Positions 1 to 10,034 of a stretch of 64,000 nucleotides of DNA are shown in pieces. The notes below the pieces were generated by a model. That model did not search any database and had not been told where the DNA came from. It saw only the letters and a list, made by a program, of their open reading frames with translations. The DNA is taken from the NCBI GenBank assembly GCA_964202905.1, contig CAXNJO010000016.1, positions 8,815 to 72,814 on the forward strand, written 5' to 3'. Every line of letters begins with the position of its first letter. Position 1 is the first letter of the stretch. Made by a program: the position numbers and the translations under genes. The stretch comes from Polyangiales bacterium (lineage in GTDB: Bacteria > Myxococcota_A > Polyangia > Polyangiales > JADJQN01).

Positions 1-2
1 TC

Positions 3-251
3 GCGCTCATCGGCACAGGGCTCGGCCGGCAGGATGCGTACGTGCTCGTGCAGCGCAACGCGATGCGCGCGTTCCACGGGGAGGGGCTCTTCCGCGACTT
101 CCTCGTCGGCGACGCGGAGATCCGCGAACGCCTCCCGGAAGCCACGATCGACGCGCAGTTCGACCTCGCGCACGCGCTCGCGCACACGGGCACCATCGTG
201 GATCGCGCGCTCGCCGAGGGCCGCGCTGAGCTCACCGGAGGTGCCGCGTGA
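3..251 (+). CDS. purB: Adenylosuccinate lyase, C-terminal fragment (5' truncated by window edge)
   Basis: Frame reads [24 protein letters not shown]...[16 protein letters not shown], typical PurB C-terminus; GTGA overlap with purC. Confidence 0.85.
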   Translation, partial: ALIGTGLGRQDAYVLVQRNAMRAFHGEGLFRDFLVGDAEIRERLPEATIDAQFDLAHALAHTGTIVDRALAEGRAELTGGAA

Positions 252-1213
252 CCGTCTCCGCCGACACGCTGCGCGCGGGGCTCGCGCTCACGCTCGATCA
301 CACGGATCTCGACGCGCTCGGCACCAAGTACGAGGGCAAGGTCCGCGACAACTACACGACGCGCGACGGGCGCCGGTTCCTCGTCACGACCGACCGCATC
401 AGCGCGTTCGACCGCGTGCTCGGGACGCTGCCCTTCAAGGGTCAGGTGCTCAACGGCATCGCCGCGTGGTGGTTCGACCAGACGAAGGACGTCGCGCCGA
501 ACCACGTGATCGACGTGCCCGACCCGAACGTGCTCGTCGGCGTCGAGTGCGAGCCGCTCCCCGTCGAGATGGTCGTGCGCGCCTACCTCACCGGCGTCAC
601 CTCGACGAGCATCTGGACGCACTATGCGCGCGGCGAGCGCGACTTCTGCGGGCACCGCCTGCCGGACGGGCTCGCGAAGCACGCGAAGCTCCCCGCGCCG
701 ATCCTCACCCCGAGCACCAAGGCGGAGAAGCACGGCCACGACGTGAGCGCCTCGCGCGCGGAGATCCTCGCGATGGGCCGCGTGAGCGCGCGGGACTTCG
801 ACGCGGCCGCGGAGATCGCGATGGCGCTCTTCGCGCGGGGCCAGCAGCTCTGCGCCGAGCGCGGGCTCATCCTCGTCGACACCAAGTACGAGCTCGGCAA
901 GACGAAGGACGGCACCATCGTCGTCATCGACGAGATCCACACGCCGGACTCGTCGCGCTTCTGGTACGCGTCGACCTACGCGCAGCGCCTCGCGCAGGGC
1001 AGCGACCCGGAGTCCTTCGACAAGGAGTACGTGCGCCGCTGGCTCGCCGCGCAGGGCTACACGGGCGACGGCCCGCAGCCACCGCTCACGGACGAGGTGC
1101 GCATCGAGGCGTCGCGCCGCTACATCGAGGCCTGCGACACGATCCGCGGCACCGCCTTCGTGCCCGATCTCTCCGACCCGCTGCCGCGGATCCGCAAGAA
1201 TCTCGGCCTCTGA
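248..1213 (+). CDS. purC: SAICAR synthase
   Basis: [48 protein letters not shown] motifs. Confidence 0.96.
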   Translation: MTVSADTLRAGLALTLDHTDLDALGTKYEGKVRDNYTTRDGRRFLVTTDRISAFDRVLGTLPFKGQVLNGIAAWWFDQTKDVAPNHVIDVPDPNVLVGVECEPLPVEMVVRAYLTGVTSTSIWTHYARGERDFCGHRLPDGLAKHAKLPAPILTPSTKAEKHGHDVSASRAEILAMGRVSARDFDAAAEIAMALFARGQQLCAERGLILVDTKYELGKTKDGTIVVIDEIHTPDSSRFWYASTYAQRLAQGSDPESFDKEYVRRWLAAQGYTGDGPQPPLTDEVRIEASRRYIEACDTIRGTAFVPDLSDPLPRIRKNLGL

Positions 1214-1284
1214 CGCGACGCGTCATAGCCATTCGCGTCATCCCCGCACAGCCCGCAACAGGTCAGTTGTCGTGGTGGCAGTGT

Positions 1285-1300
1285 GGGAATCGCGATTCCC
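1285..1300. terminator. Perfect 16-bp palindrome between convergent genes, possible terminator or operator
   Basis: gggaatcg|cgattccc between purC and the kinase 3' end; no U tract. Confidence 0.35.
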
Positions 1301-1353
1301 CTCCATCGGGCCCGTGACGGAGGCCTGAGGGAGTGGTGTCGCGGCGACTCGGG

Positions 1354-2607
1354 TCAGTCGAGGCCGAGCACACGCTTCGCCGTCGCGACGAGCTCCTTCA
1401 CGGCGAAGGGCTTGACGAGGAAGGCGTCCGCGCCGAGGGCGGAGAGCACGCGCCAGTCGGCTGCGCCGCCGACCGCCGTCGCGACGATGATGGGCACGCG
1501 GCTCGTCGTCTCGGTCGCACGGATCGCCATGGTCAGCTCGAGCCCCGTGAGCCCCGGCATCTGCAGGTCGACGACCGCGAGCGAGAGCACCTCCGACTCC
1601 GCGACGCGCAGCGCGTCCGAACCATCGGCGCAGGCGATGATCTCGACCCGCGGGAACGCCGTGCCGAGCGCGTGGATGATGAGCTTGCGGATGGCCTCGT
1701 CGTCGTCGGCGACGAGGATCCGCGTCACCGCGCGCTGCCCGCGCGCCGCGGTGCGCGCGTCGATGAGGGCGCGGCCGAGCTCTTCGGCCGAGGCGGGGCG
1801 GTCATCCGGGTCGCGCGAGAGCGCGGCGAGCACGGCCGCGTCGAGCCTGCGCGGCAGGTCGCGGCGCACCTCGCTCGGTGCCGGGAGACGCCCCGCGCGG
1901 AGGGCCGTCTCACGCACGCGGCTGATCGACGCGTCGAAGGGCGTCACCCCCGTGAGCAGCTCGTACGCGATCATGCCGAGCGCATAGACGTCGGCCCGCT
2001 GCGCCTGCGCGGCCGTGAGCCAATCGCTCGTGCCGACCTCGGGCGCCATGTAGCGCGGCGTGCCGAGCGGCCCCGCGGGCAGGAGTTTGTCGCCGTCGAA
2101 GATCCGCGCGATACCGAGATCCGCGACCGCGACGCGCAGCCCCGGCCCGACGAGCACGTTCGCGGGCTTGAGATCGCGGTGCACCGCGCCCGCCGCGTGG
2201 ATCGCGGCGACGCCCCGGCAGAGCTGCTCGCAGATGCCGACGGCCTCTTCGGCCGAGAGCGGACCGCCGCGCCCCTTCACCCAGAGATCGAGCGAGGGCC
2301 CCGAGATGAACTCCATCGCGAAATACGGCACGCCCGCGAGCGCGCCGAGCGTGTGGATCGCGACGACGTTCTCGTGGCGCACGCGCGCCATCGCGCGGGC
2401 CTCGTCGAGGAAGAGCTCGCGCAGCATGTCGCTCATGGAGACATCGGGCCGGATGCACTTGATGGCGACGTCGCGCGAGAGTTGCCGGTCGCGCGCGAGG
2501 TAGACGATCCCCATCCCGCCCCGGCCGAGCTCGCGCACGATCTCGTACGCGCCGTCGATGACCACGCCCGGCTGAATCCCTGCGTGTTCCCTAGTCTCCG
2601 AGGACAT
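1354..2607 (-). CDS. Ser/Thr protein kinase with C-terminal response-regulator receiver domain
   Basis: LGRGGMGIVY, VAIK, HRDLKPAN, DLG, GTPRYMAPE; C-terminal ILVADDD...VVDLQMPGLTG...FLVKPF. Confidence 0.9.
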   Translation of the reverse strand: MSSETREHAGIQPGVVIDGAYEIVRELGRGGMGIVYLARDRQLSRDVAIKCIRPDVSMSDMLRELFLDEARAMARVRHENVVAIHTLGALAGVPYFAMEFISGPSLDLWVKGRGGPLSAEEAVGICEQLCRGVAAIHAAGAVHRDLKPANVLVGPGLRVAVADLGIARIFDGDKLLPAGPLGTPRYMAPEVGTSDWLTAAQAQRADVYALGMIAYELLTGVTPFDASISRVRETALRAGRLPAPSEVRRDLPRRLDAAVLAALSRDPDDRPASAEELGRALIDARTAARGQRAVTRILVADDDEAIRKLIIHALGTAFPRVEIIACADGSDALRVAESEVLSLAVVDLQMPGLTGLELTMAIRATETTSRVPIIVATAVGGAADWRVLSALGADAFLVKPFAVKELVATAKRVLGLD

Positions 2608-2718
2608 CGCCGCGCAGCATGCCGGAACCCCGCGCCCGGGTCACGAACGCGCCAAGTCCGCGCCCTGCCCTGCGGCGCGCTTGTCGCCGCGGGGCCGCCA
2701 GTGTAGGAACGGCCCGCC

Positions 2719-4464
2719 ATGCGTTACTCCCGCGCCTTCATCCCCACGCTCAAGGAAGCCCCGAAGGACGCGACGACCGCGTCGCACGCGCTCTTGCTGC
2801 GCGCCGGCTACGTCCGGCAGGTCGGCGCCGGGCTCTACGAGTTCCTGCCGCTCGGCCAGCGCGTGCTGCGGAACATCGAGCGCGTCGTGCGCACGGAGAT
2901 GGACGCCGCGGGCGCGCAGGAGGTGCTCATGCCGGCGCTCCTGCCCTCCGACTATTTCAAGGAGACGGGCCGCTGGGAGGTCTACGGCGACGTGCTCCTG
3001 CGCCTGAAGGATCGCAAGGGCGGCGAGTACCACCTCGGGCCGACGCACGAGGAGATCATCACCGACATGGTGCGGCGGGACGTGAAGAGCTACCGCCAGT
3101 TGCCGCTCAACCTCTACCAGATCCAGATGAAGTTCCGCGACGAGCCGCGGCCGCGCGCGGGCTTGCTGCGCTGCCGCGAGTTCGTGATGAAGGACGCGTA
3201 CAGCTTCGACCTCGACGAGGCCGGCGCGATGAAGAGCTACGGCGAGATGCGCGAGACGTATCACCGCATCTTCAAGCGCCTCGGGCTCGATTACCGCGTC
3301 GTCGAGGCCGACTCGGGCGCGATCGGCGGCAAGACGAGCGCGGAGTTCCAGGTGCTCGCGCAGTCGGGCGAGGATCACATCGTCGCGTGCACGCAGTGCG
3401 ATTACGCGGCGAACGTCGAGGTCGCCGAAGCGAAGCTCGTGCAGGACGCGCGCCTCGGCGAGTCCGCGGGCACGCCGGAGAAGCTCCACACGCCGGGCGT
3501 CGGCAGCATCGAGGACGTGGTCGCTTTCCTCGTGAAGGCCGGGCACGCGGGCGCGGGCGCCGCGCGGATGCTCAAGTCGCTCGTGTACGTCGCGGGCACG
3601 CGCACGGTGATGGTGGTGGTGCGCGGCGACCACCAGGTGAACGAGATCAAGCTCGCCAAGGCGCTCGGCGTCGGCGAATTGCACCTCGCGTCGGAGGCCG
3701 AGGTGCGGCGCGCGACGGGCGCGGCGGTCGGCTTCGCGGGGCCGGTCGGCTTCGCCGGCGAGGTCGTCGCCGATCACGCGGTCGCGAGCGTCGTCGACGC
3801 CTTCACCGGCGCGAACGAGGCCGATCACCACCTCGCGCGCGTGAACCTCGGGCGCGACTTCAACGCGACCCTCGCCGACCTGCGCATGGTCGGCGCGGGC
3901 GATCTCTGCCCCCGCTGCGGCGGCACGCTCGCCGCGTACCAGGGCATCGAGGGTGGGCACGTCTTCGTGCTCGGCACGCACTACAGCGCGAAGATGAACG
4001 CCGTCTACCTCGACGACAAAGGCCAGGAAGTGCCGATGGTCATGGGCTGCTACGGCATCGGCGTCTCGCGCCTCGTCGCCGCCGCGGTCGAGCAGAACCA
4101 CGACGCGGACGGCATCGCGTGGCCCATGGCGATCGCGCCGTACCAGGTGATCGTGACCGCGCTCGGCAAGGAGGACGCGGTGCGCGAGGCGGCCGAGGCC
4201 GCGTACACGGCGCTCCGCGCGCGCGGGGTCGAGGTGCTGCTCGACGACCGCGATGAGCGCCCCGGCGTGAAGTTCAAGGACGCGGATCTGCTCGGGATTC
4301 CGCTGCGCCTGACGGTCGGCGGCAAGGGCCTCGCGGCGGGCTCGCTCGAGCTGAAGCGACGCGGGCAGAAGGAGCCGACGCTCGTCCCCGTGGCCGACGC
4401 GGCGGAGCACGTCGTGCGCGCGGTCGTCGAGGCAGGCGGCAGCCTGCACGGGGCGTCGCGTTGA
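2719..4464 (+). CDS. proS: Proline--tRNA ligase (bacterial type with editing domain)
   Basis: LGPTHEE, FRDEPRPRAGLLRCREFVMKDAYSF, MGCYGIGVSR, GVKFKDADLLGIP. Confidence 0.97.
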   Translation: MRYSRAFIPTLKEAPKDATTASHALLLRAGYVRQVGAGLYEFLPLGQRVLRNIERVVRTEMDAAGAQEVLMPALLPSDYFKETGRWEVYGDVLLRLKDRKGGEYHLGPTHEEIITDMVRRDVKSYRQLPLNLYQIQMKFRDEPRPRAGLLRCREFVMKDAYSFDLDEAGAMKSYGEMRETYHRIFKRLGLDYRVVEADSGAIGGKTSAEFQVLAQSGEDHIVACTQCDYAANVEVAEAKLVQDARLGESAGTPEKLHTPGVGSIEDVVAFLVKAGHAGAGAARMLKSLVYVAGTRTVMVVVRGDHQVNEIKLAKALGVGELHLASEAEVRRATGAAVGFAGPVGFAGEVVADHAVASVVDAFTGANEADHHLARVNLGRDFNATLADLRMVGAGDLCPRCGGTLAAYQGIEGGHVFVLGTHYSAKMNAVYLDDKGQEVPMVMGCYGIGVSRLVAAAVEQNHDADGIAWPMAIAPYQVIVTALGKEDAVREAAEAAYTALRARGVEVLLDDRDERPGVKFKDADLLGIPLRLTVGGKGLAAGSLELKRRGQKEPTLVPVADAAEHVVRAVVEAGGSLHGASR

Positions 4465-4727
4465 GGCGCACGGCGCCCGCGGCCCCGGCGCCCGAGCGCA
4501 CGCACCCCGCGCGCCGCGAGCTGCTGATCGCCGTGGGGTTCGCGATCGTCGTGGGCGTCGGCGTCGCGACGGTGGTCGTGCCCGCGCTCCGCGACGACGC
4601 GCGGGACGAGGAGGCGGGCGCGGCACGCCCCGCGGCCACGCCCACCGCCCTCCCCGCGGCACCGTCCCCCGCGCTGCCTGCGGACGCCCCGCGCCCCGCG
4701 CCGCCGACCGCGCCCGTCGGTCCCTGA
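4461..4727 (+). CDS. Small membrane-anchored Pro/Ala-rich hypothetical protein
   Basis: 4-nt overlap with proS stop; one hydrophobic helix LLIAVGFAIVVGVGVATVVV. Confidence 0.5.
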   Translation: MRRTAPAAPAPERTHPARRELLIAVGFAIVVGVGVATVVVPALRDDARDEEAGAARPAATPTALPAAPSPALPADAPRPAPPTAPVGP

Positions 4728-4787
4728 AGGCGGGACGCGACGTCGCAGGCCGCCGGGTGACGCGCGGCTCCGCGTCGGAGATCGCCG

Positions 4788-5699
4788 TCAGCCCGCGATT
4801 CGCGGCCCGATCGGCACGCTCGGCGCGCGGGCGACGAGCAGCCCCCCCGTGAGCACGAGCGCCGCGCCCACGAGCGCGAGCGCATCGAGCGGCTCGCCCC
4901 ACACCGCCCAGCCGACGCCGACCGCGACGAGCGGCTCGAGGTAGGCGAGCACGCTGGCGCGCGCGGCGCCGACCTCGCGCAGGCCCGAGACGAAGAGCAG
5001 CCCGGCGACCGTGCCCGGGAGGAGCGCACCGAGCGCGACGAGGCCGATGCCCTGTGCGGCGGGCACCTCCGCGACGTCGGCCACGAGCAGCAGCGGTGTG
5101 AGCAGCAGCGCCGCGAGCAGCGCGTGGAAGGCCTGCGCGCGCACGCCGCCGACGCGCTCGGCGAGCCGTCGCAGCACGAAGACGTTGCCCGCGTACGCCA
5201 CGGCGCTGAGCGCGCCGAGGCCGCCGCCGAGCAGCGCGTCGAGCGCGAGCGACGCGCTCCGCCAGGGCGCGAGCAGCAACAGCAGGCCGACGATCGAGAG
5301 CAGCGCGGCCGGCAGCGCCGCGGCCACGCGCTGTCGCTCGACGAGGGGCGCGAAGAGCGCGACGAGCACGGGCGCGAGGTAGTGCGTGAGCACGGCGATC
5401 GCGATGGTCGTGCGCGACATCGCGAGGAAGAAGGTCGCGACGTTCACCGCGTCGAGCGCGGTGTTCGCGGCGAGCAGCAGGAGCGCGCGACGATCCCAGG
5501 GGTGGGGCTGCGCCTCACGGCCGAGGAGCGGCAGCGTGAAGAGCCCGACGAGCAGGAGCACGAGCGGCGCGGTGGCCTCGGCGGGCAGGCCGCTCGGCCG
5601 CAGGAAGAGACTCCACGTGCCCCAGCACGACGCGGCGAGCGCGACCTTCGCGAGGCCCGCGAGCGGCAGCCGCGACGCCGGCGCCGTGGCCTCGCTCAC
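4788..5699 (-). CDS. DMT/EamA family transporter
   Basis: About 10 hydrophobic helices; ASCWGT, HYLAPVLVALFA, RASVLAYLEPLVAV. Confidence 0.88.
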   Translation of the reverse strand: MSEATAPASRLPLAGLAKVALAASCWGTWSLFLRPSGLPAEATAPLVLLLVGLFTLPLLGREAQPHPWDRRALLLLAANTALDAVNVATFFLAMSRTTIAIAVLTHYLAPVLVALFAPLVERQRVAAALPAALLSIVGLLLLLAPWRSASLALDALLGGGLGALSAVAYAGNVFVLRRLAERVGGVRAQAFHALLAALLLTPLLLVADVAEVPAAQGIGLVALGALLPGTVAGLLFVSGLREVGAARASVLAYLEPLVAVGVGWAVWGEPLDALALVGAALVLTGGLLVARAPSVPIGPRIAG

Positions 5700-6841
5700 G
5701 GGGTGCGAGCGGGCGGCGCGGCCCCGTCGGCGCGGGCACCGCGGCGCGCGGCGACCTGCCGACCGGCGTGCTGCGGCGTCTGCGCGGCGGTGATGTGCGA
5801 GAGCCCGTCCGCACCGACCGTGGGCGGTCCCGCCGCGAGGATGTCGGCGACGAGCTGGAAGCTGTGGCGGTACGCGCCCGTGCGCAGCCGCGCGAGAAAG
5901 TCGGGCATCTCCTGCACGACGTAGTGCCAGTCGCGCGGGCCCGGCTTCACGAGGCGGCGGTGGTTCACCGTGCGCACGACGAGCGCGCGCTCATCCGTCG
6001 GCAGGTTCTCCATGTTGCGGATGAACGAGTCCGAATACGGGAAGAACTGCTCGGCGTTCGAGAAATACACGACGCGCACCGTCGTGCCCGCGCGCCGGGC
6101 CACGTCGCCGACCGCGCGCAAGGTGCGCTCCGCGGTGACGTCGCCGTTGAAGGTCTGGATCCGCCGCGCCCGGTGGAGCGCGCGGATGCGCGCGTACATC
6201 GCCGCGTCGCCGATCCACGCGACGGGCGTGCCCTCGTGCGTCGCGCGCGCCATGCGCCGCAGGTAGCGATCGAACCAGACGCGCTGCCGGCGGAAGTAGC
6301 GCACCACGTCGTCCTTGCGCGGGTCGTCGGCGAGCTCGGCCGCGATGACCCGCTCGCTCTCGGCGGTCGCCTCCGGTGCGAAGCGCGCGATCAGCGCGTC
6401 GGGCGTCTCCGACACCGAGACGAGCGCGCGGTACATGCGGTGCACGAGCGGGATCTGCGGGTCGTAGTCGACGAGCAGGAGCAGCTCCGAGCCCGCGGCC
6501 GCCGCCATCGTGTAGTTCTGATCGGAGCCGACGCCGACGTACGCGCCGCCGAGCTCGCGCAGATGCGGGTAGAGCAGATCGTGGCGGTACTCGTTGCTCA
6601 CCGGGAAGTGCCGCGTCGGCTGGCGCGTACCCTCATCGGGGATGGTAGCGATGTCGCGCTGCACGTCGGCGGGCAGCGACACGGAGGGGTCGGTCGGCAC
6701 GCGCGATTGCGCGTGGAGCGCGGGCGCGGCGAGGAGCGCGGCGAGCCCCGCGGCGAGCGCGAAGAAGGAGCGTGCAAACGCGGCGGCGCGCGGGGATCGC
6801 GCGGGCGCGCGGCGGACGGTGGAGGCGTGCATCGGGGTCAT
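5696..6841 (-). CDS. Exported hypothetical protein (possibly LIC_10091-like)
   Basis: Signal peptide ending ALHA-Q; SNE...GGAYVGVGSDQNYT and YFSNAEQF motifs; family call from memory only. Confidence 0.6.
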   Translation of the reverse strand: MTPMHASTVRRAPARSPRAAAFARSFFALAAGLAALLAAPALHAQSRVPTDPSVSLPADVQRDIATIPDEGTRQPTRHFPVSNEYRHDLLYPHLRELGGAYVGVGSDQNYTMAAAAGSELLLLVDYDPQIPLVHRMYRALVSVSETPDALIARFAPEATAESERVIAAELADDPRKDDVVRYFRRQRVWFDRYLRRMARATHEGTPVAWIGDAAMYARIRALHRARRIQTFNGDVTAERTLRAVGDVARRAGTTVRVVYFSNAEQFFPYSDSFIRNMENLPTDERALVVRTVNHRRLVKPGPRDWHYVVQEMPDFLARLRTGAYRHSFQLVADILAAGPPTVGADGLSHITAAQTPQHAGRQVAARRGARADGAAPPARTP

Positions 6842-6915
6842 CGCGGGCCGCAGGGTACAGGCTCACGGCGCGGCACGCGACGCCGGATCGTCGAGGCTCC
6901 GCGCGCGCGGGCCGC

Positions 6916-7839
6916 TCAGCGGCGCGGACGGCCGAGCGCGTGGAAGGGCGGACCGAGGCGGGAGCCGGGCGAGGGCACCGGGACGGGCGGCGTCGCAGGC
7001 GCCTCGAGGTCACGCGCGCAGCGGAAGCCGAAGCGGTGCGGGCCGCGGTTCGGCGCACCGGCGCCGCGCCGCGCGTGCGACGTGGCGCGCGCGATCGGGT
7101 ACCACCACGAGCCGCCGCGCACGACCTTCTGCGCGCGGGCAGCGGGGCACTCGGCGGCCCCATCGCACAGGCCGCGCGGGTTGCGCCCCTCGCACGACGC
7201 GCCGCACGCGTCGTACGACGCGCTGTACCAATCGTGCACCCACTCCCAGACGTTGCCCGAGACGTCGTAGAGGCCCCAGTGGCCCGCGGGCGTCGACATC
7301 ACGTCCCAGGTCGTGCCGCGACCGCAGCCCTTGCCGTCCCCCGTCTCGACGACGCCGTGCGTGCACGGGCGCGGGTCGTCACCCCACGGAAAACGCGTGC
7401 CCTCCGGCCCGCCCGACGCACGCTCGAACTCCATCTCCGTCGGCAGGCGCGCGCCGCGCAGCGCGCAGAACGCGGCGGCGTCGTACCAGGAGACACCGAC
7501 CTTCGGCTGCCGCGGCCGCATGTAGCCGCGGAAGGGGATCGGCCGGTGGCAGTAGCCCGCCTCGACGCAGGCTTCGTAGTCGGCGTTCGTCACCTCGTGC
7601 ACGTCCATGAAGAACGTCTCGACGAACACGCGCGCCGTCGGCCGCTCGTCGGGCAGCCCCTCGAGCGAACCGCGCACGAACGCGCCGCCCCCGACGCAGG
7701 CCATGCCCTCCGGAGCCCCCGCGGGGCACGGCTGCGCACCCGGCAGATCCTGACCGGGCGCCCTGCCGCCGAACGCGAGCGCGCCGCAGAGGAAGGACGC
7801 AGACGCGACGACGAGGGGAGCGATGCGGCGGGACGCCAT
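6916..7839 (-). CDS. FGE-sulfatase (SUMF1-like) domain protein, exported
   Basis: FFMDVHEVTNADY, RLPTEMEFERA, GLYDVSGNVWEWVHDWY, RGGSW, GFRCA. Confidence 0.9.
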   Translation of the reverse strand: MASRRIAPLVVASASFLCGALAFGGRAPGQDLPGAQPCPAGAPEGMACVGGGAFVRGSLEGLPDERPTARVFVETFFMDVHEVTNADYEACVEAGYCHRPIPFRGYMRPRQPKVGVSWYDAAAFCALRGARLPTEMEFERASGGPEGTRFPWGDDPRPCTHGVVETGDGKGCGRGTTWDVMSTPAGHWGLYDVSGNVWEWVHDWYSASYDACGASCEGRNPRGLCDGAAECPAARAQKVVRGGSWWYPIARATSHARRGAGAPNRGPHRFGFRCARDLEAPATPPVPVPSPGSRLGPPFHALGRPRR

Positions 7840-7871
7840 GCGGGCGCGAGTCTACGCCGCGCGCGCGCCGA

Positions 7872-9074
7872 TCAGCGACGCGCGACGCGGGCTGCGATCT
7901 GCTCGGGGAACGGCGTCAGGTAGCGCGCCGGTCCGCGCATGGCGCGCCCGACGGTGCCGAAGTTCGACGCCGGATTCCAGAAGAGGAAGCCGTTCGCGCC
8001 CGCGTTGCGTGCGGCGCGGATCTGCCCCGCGACGAAGTCCGCGTCGTAGCGCGCCGTACCGGCCGCGAACGCCTGCAAAAACGGGCGGATCACGTGCCCG
8101 GCGCCGACACGCTCCCGCAGGCGCTGCGTCGCGGCGAACACGAAGGACGCGCCGCGCTCGGTGCCCTCGCCCGCCGTCCAGCTCTTGAAGTTGTTCGCGT
8201 AGAGCATCGGCGTGAAGACCTCGACGTAGCGCGACCAGTCCTCGGCCGACTGCCCGAGCCCCGCCGGATCGCCGACGCGCAGCGCGCTGATGCCGAAGAT
8301 GTCGACGCCGAGCGGCACGCGGATGGCCTCGTCGATCTGGCGCAGCATCGACGCGATGTACTCCCAGTGCCGCGCCCCCTCGCGCTCGTGCTGGTACGCG
8401 GCGTACGCGGTGCCCTGATCGACCGGGAAGCGCACGTAGTCGAGCTGCACCTCGTCGAAGCCGAGCGCCGCGGCCTCCACGGCGAGGTCGCGGATGAGCG
8501 CGTGGTTCGCGGGGTTGCTCGGGTCGAGCCACGTGTTGCCCGTCCCCCACGAGACCCACGGGGTTCCGGTGCGGTTCGGGCGTCCGTCGAGGATCGCGCG
8601 CTCGAGGTGCGCACGCGGCACGATCGGGTCGTTGAAGCAGACGATGCGGCCGATGGTGTAGACGCCCTCGGACTTCAGCCGCGCGACGAGCACCGGCACG
8701 TCGCCGAGCATCGGCGCGCGGGAGTCCGCGAGCAGCGGCACGCGCGTGTCGAAGAGCACGCGGCCCTGATCGTCCTTGAGGTCGATGACCGCCGCGTCCA
8801 GGCGTCCCGGACGGAGGGCGGCGAGGATGCCCTCGACGCCGTGGCGGCGGATGAACGGCCCCGTGAAATAGAGCCCGCGGGCCGCGCGGCCCTGGCGAGA
8901 GACGGCGTCCTCGAGGCTCGCGCCGCCGCGCGCAGCGGGGGGGTCGGCGAGCGTGCGTCGCAGGGGCGCGCTCCGCGTCGGGGGCTCGTCGGCGGCAGCG
9001 GGCGCGCGCCCCGCGGCGAGGCCGAGGGCGAGCAGGAGCAAGGCGGGTAAGAGCGGCAGGGAGCGGCGGGCCAT
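7872..9074 (-). CDS. Putative glycoside hydrolase (DUF4015-like TIM barrel), exported
   Basis: Signal peptide; AVIDLKDDQG, GRIVCFNDP, GFDEVQLDYVRFP, PMLY, IRPFLQAF; start trimmed to MARRSLP. Confidence 0.8.
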   Translation of the reverse strand: MARRSLPLLPALLLLALGLAAGRAPAAADEPPTRSAPLRRTLADPPAARGGASLEDAVSRQGRAARGLYFTGPFIRRHGVEGILAALRPGRLDAAVIDLKDDQGRVLFDTRVPLLADSRAPMLGDVPVLVARLKSEGVYTIGRIVCFNDPIVPRAHLERAILDGRPNRTGTPWVSWGTGNTWLDPSNPANHALIRDLAVEAAALGFDEVQLDYVRFPVDQGTAYAAYQHEREGARHWEYIASMLRQIDEAIRVPLGVDIFGISALRVGDPAGLGQSAEDWSRYVEVFTPMLYANNFKSWTAGEGTERGASFVFAATQRLRERVGAGHVIRPFLQAFAAGTARYDADFVAGQIRAARNAGANGFLFWNPASNFGTVGRAMRGPARYLTPFPEQIAARVARR

Positions 9075-9147
9075 GCCAGGCCAAGATCGCCCGAAGGGGC
9101 TAAAAACGCGCAATTCCTGCGCGCCCGGGCCGCCCCCGGGGCGCGGG

Positions 9148-9960
9148 CTACATCATCATCGCGCTCGCCGCCGAGCCGAGCCACGCGCCGCCGTCGGCGA
9201 CGACCGTCGCCCCGTGCACGAGCGACGCGCCCGGGGAGACGAGGAAGACGGCGAGGCTCGCGATCTCGTCGATGCGCCCGAAGCGGCCGATGGGGATCGT
9301 GCGCTCCATCTTCGTGCGCACGTCGCCGGGCGCGAGCCGCGCCATGCCTTCCGTCTCGTCGATCGGCCCGGGCGCGATGCCGTTCACGCGGATGCCGAGC
9401 GAGCCCCACTCGAGCGCGAGCGAGCGCGTGACGGAGTCGACGGCGGCCTTCGCGGCGGAGGCGTGCACCTGCAGCGGCGTGGCCGCGTAGTGCAGCGTCG
9501 CGGAGATGTTCAGGATGTGGCCGCCGTGGTCGCGCAGGCGCCGCTCGAAGGCCGCACGCGAGACGTTCCACGTGCCGATCGCGTCGATCTCCATGACGGT
9601 GCGGAAGCCGTTGTAGGAGAGCTGCGACGCGGGCGCGAGGAAGTTGCCCGCCGCGCCGTTGACGACGATGTCGAGCGCACCGAAGTGCGCGATCGTCGCG
9701 TCGAGCGCGGCCTCGACGGCCTTCGGATCGCGCACGTCGGCCTGCACCGCGAGGCACTCGCTGCCATGCGCCGCGGCGAGCTCCCGCGCGCTCTCCTCGA
9801 GGCGCTCGAGCTTGCGCGAGACGATCGCGACGCGCGCGCCGTGCGCGAGGAACGCCGCGGCGATGCCCTTGCAGATGCCGGAGCCGCCCCCGGTGACGAA
9901 GGCGACCTTGCCCGCGAGGAGATCCGGCCGGAACACGCTGCGCTCGGTGGGAGACGTCAT
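9148..9960 (-). CDS. SDR family 2,4-dienoyl-CoA reductase-like oxidoreductase
   Basis: TGGGSGI, NGAAGNFLAP, NISATLHY, HASAAKA, RVNGIAPGPI. Confidence 0.88.
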   Translation of the reverse strand: MTSPTERSVFRPDLLAGKVAFVTGGGSGICKGIAAAFLAHGARVAIVSRKLERLEESARELAAAHGSECLAVQADVRDPKAVEAALDATIAHFGALDIVVNGAAGNFLAPASQLSYNGFRTVMEIDAIGTWNVSRAAFERRLRDHGGHILNISATLHYAATPLQVHASAAKAAVDSVTRSLALEWGSLGIRVNGIAPGPIDETEGMARLAPGDVRTKMERTIPIGRFGRIDEIASLAVFLVSPGASLVHGATVVADGGAWLGSAASAMMM

Positions 9961-10034
9961 GGCGCGCGATTTTAGCCCACCCGACAAACGAATGCTGCGA
10001 CGCGCCCGGAAGCGGGCTACCCTCAGGCCTCCCC

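Noticed and set aside
6916..7839. FGE/CLec-fold protein as a diversity-generating retroelement target
   Set aside because: No template repeat or reverse transcriptase seen in the window
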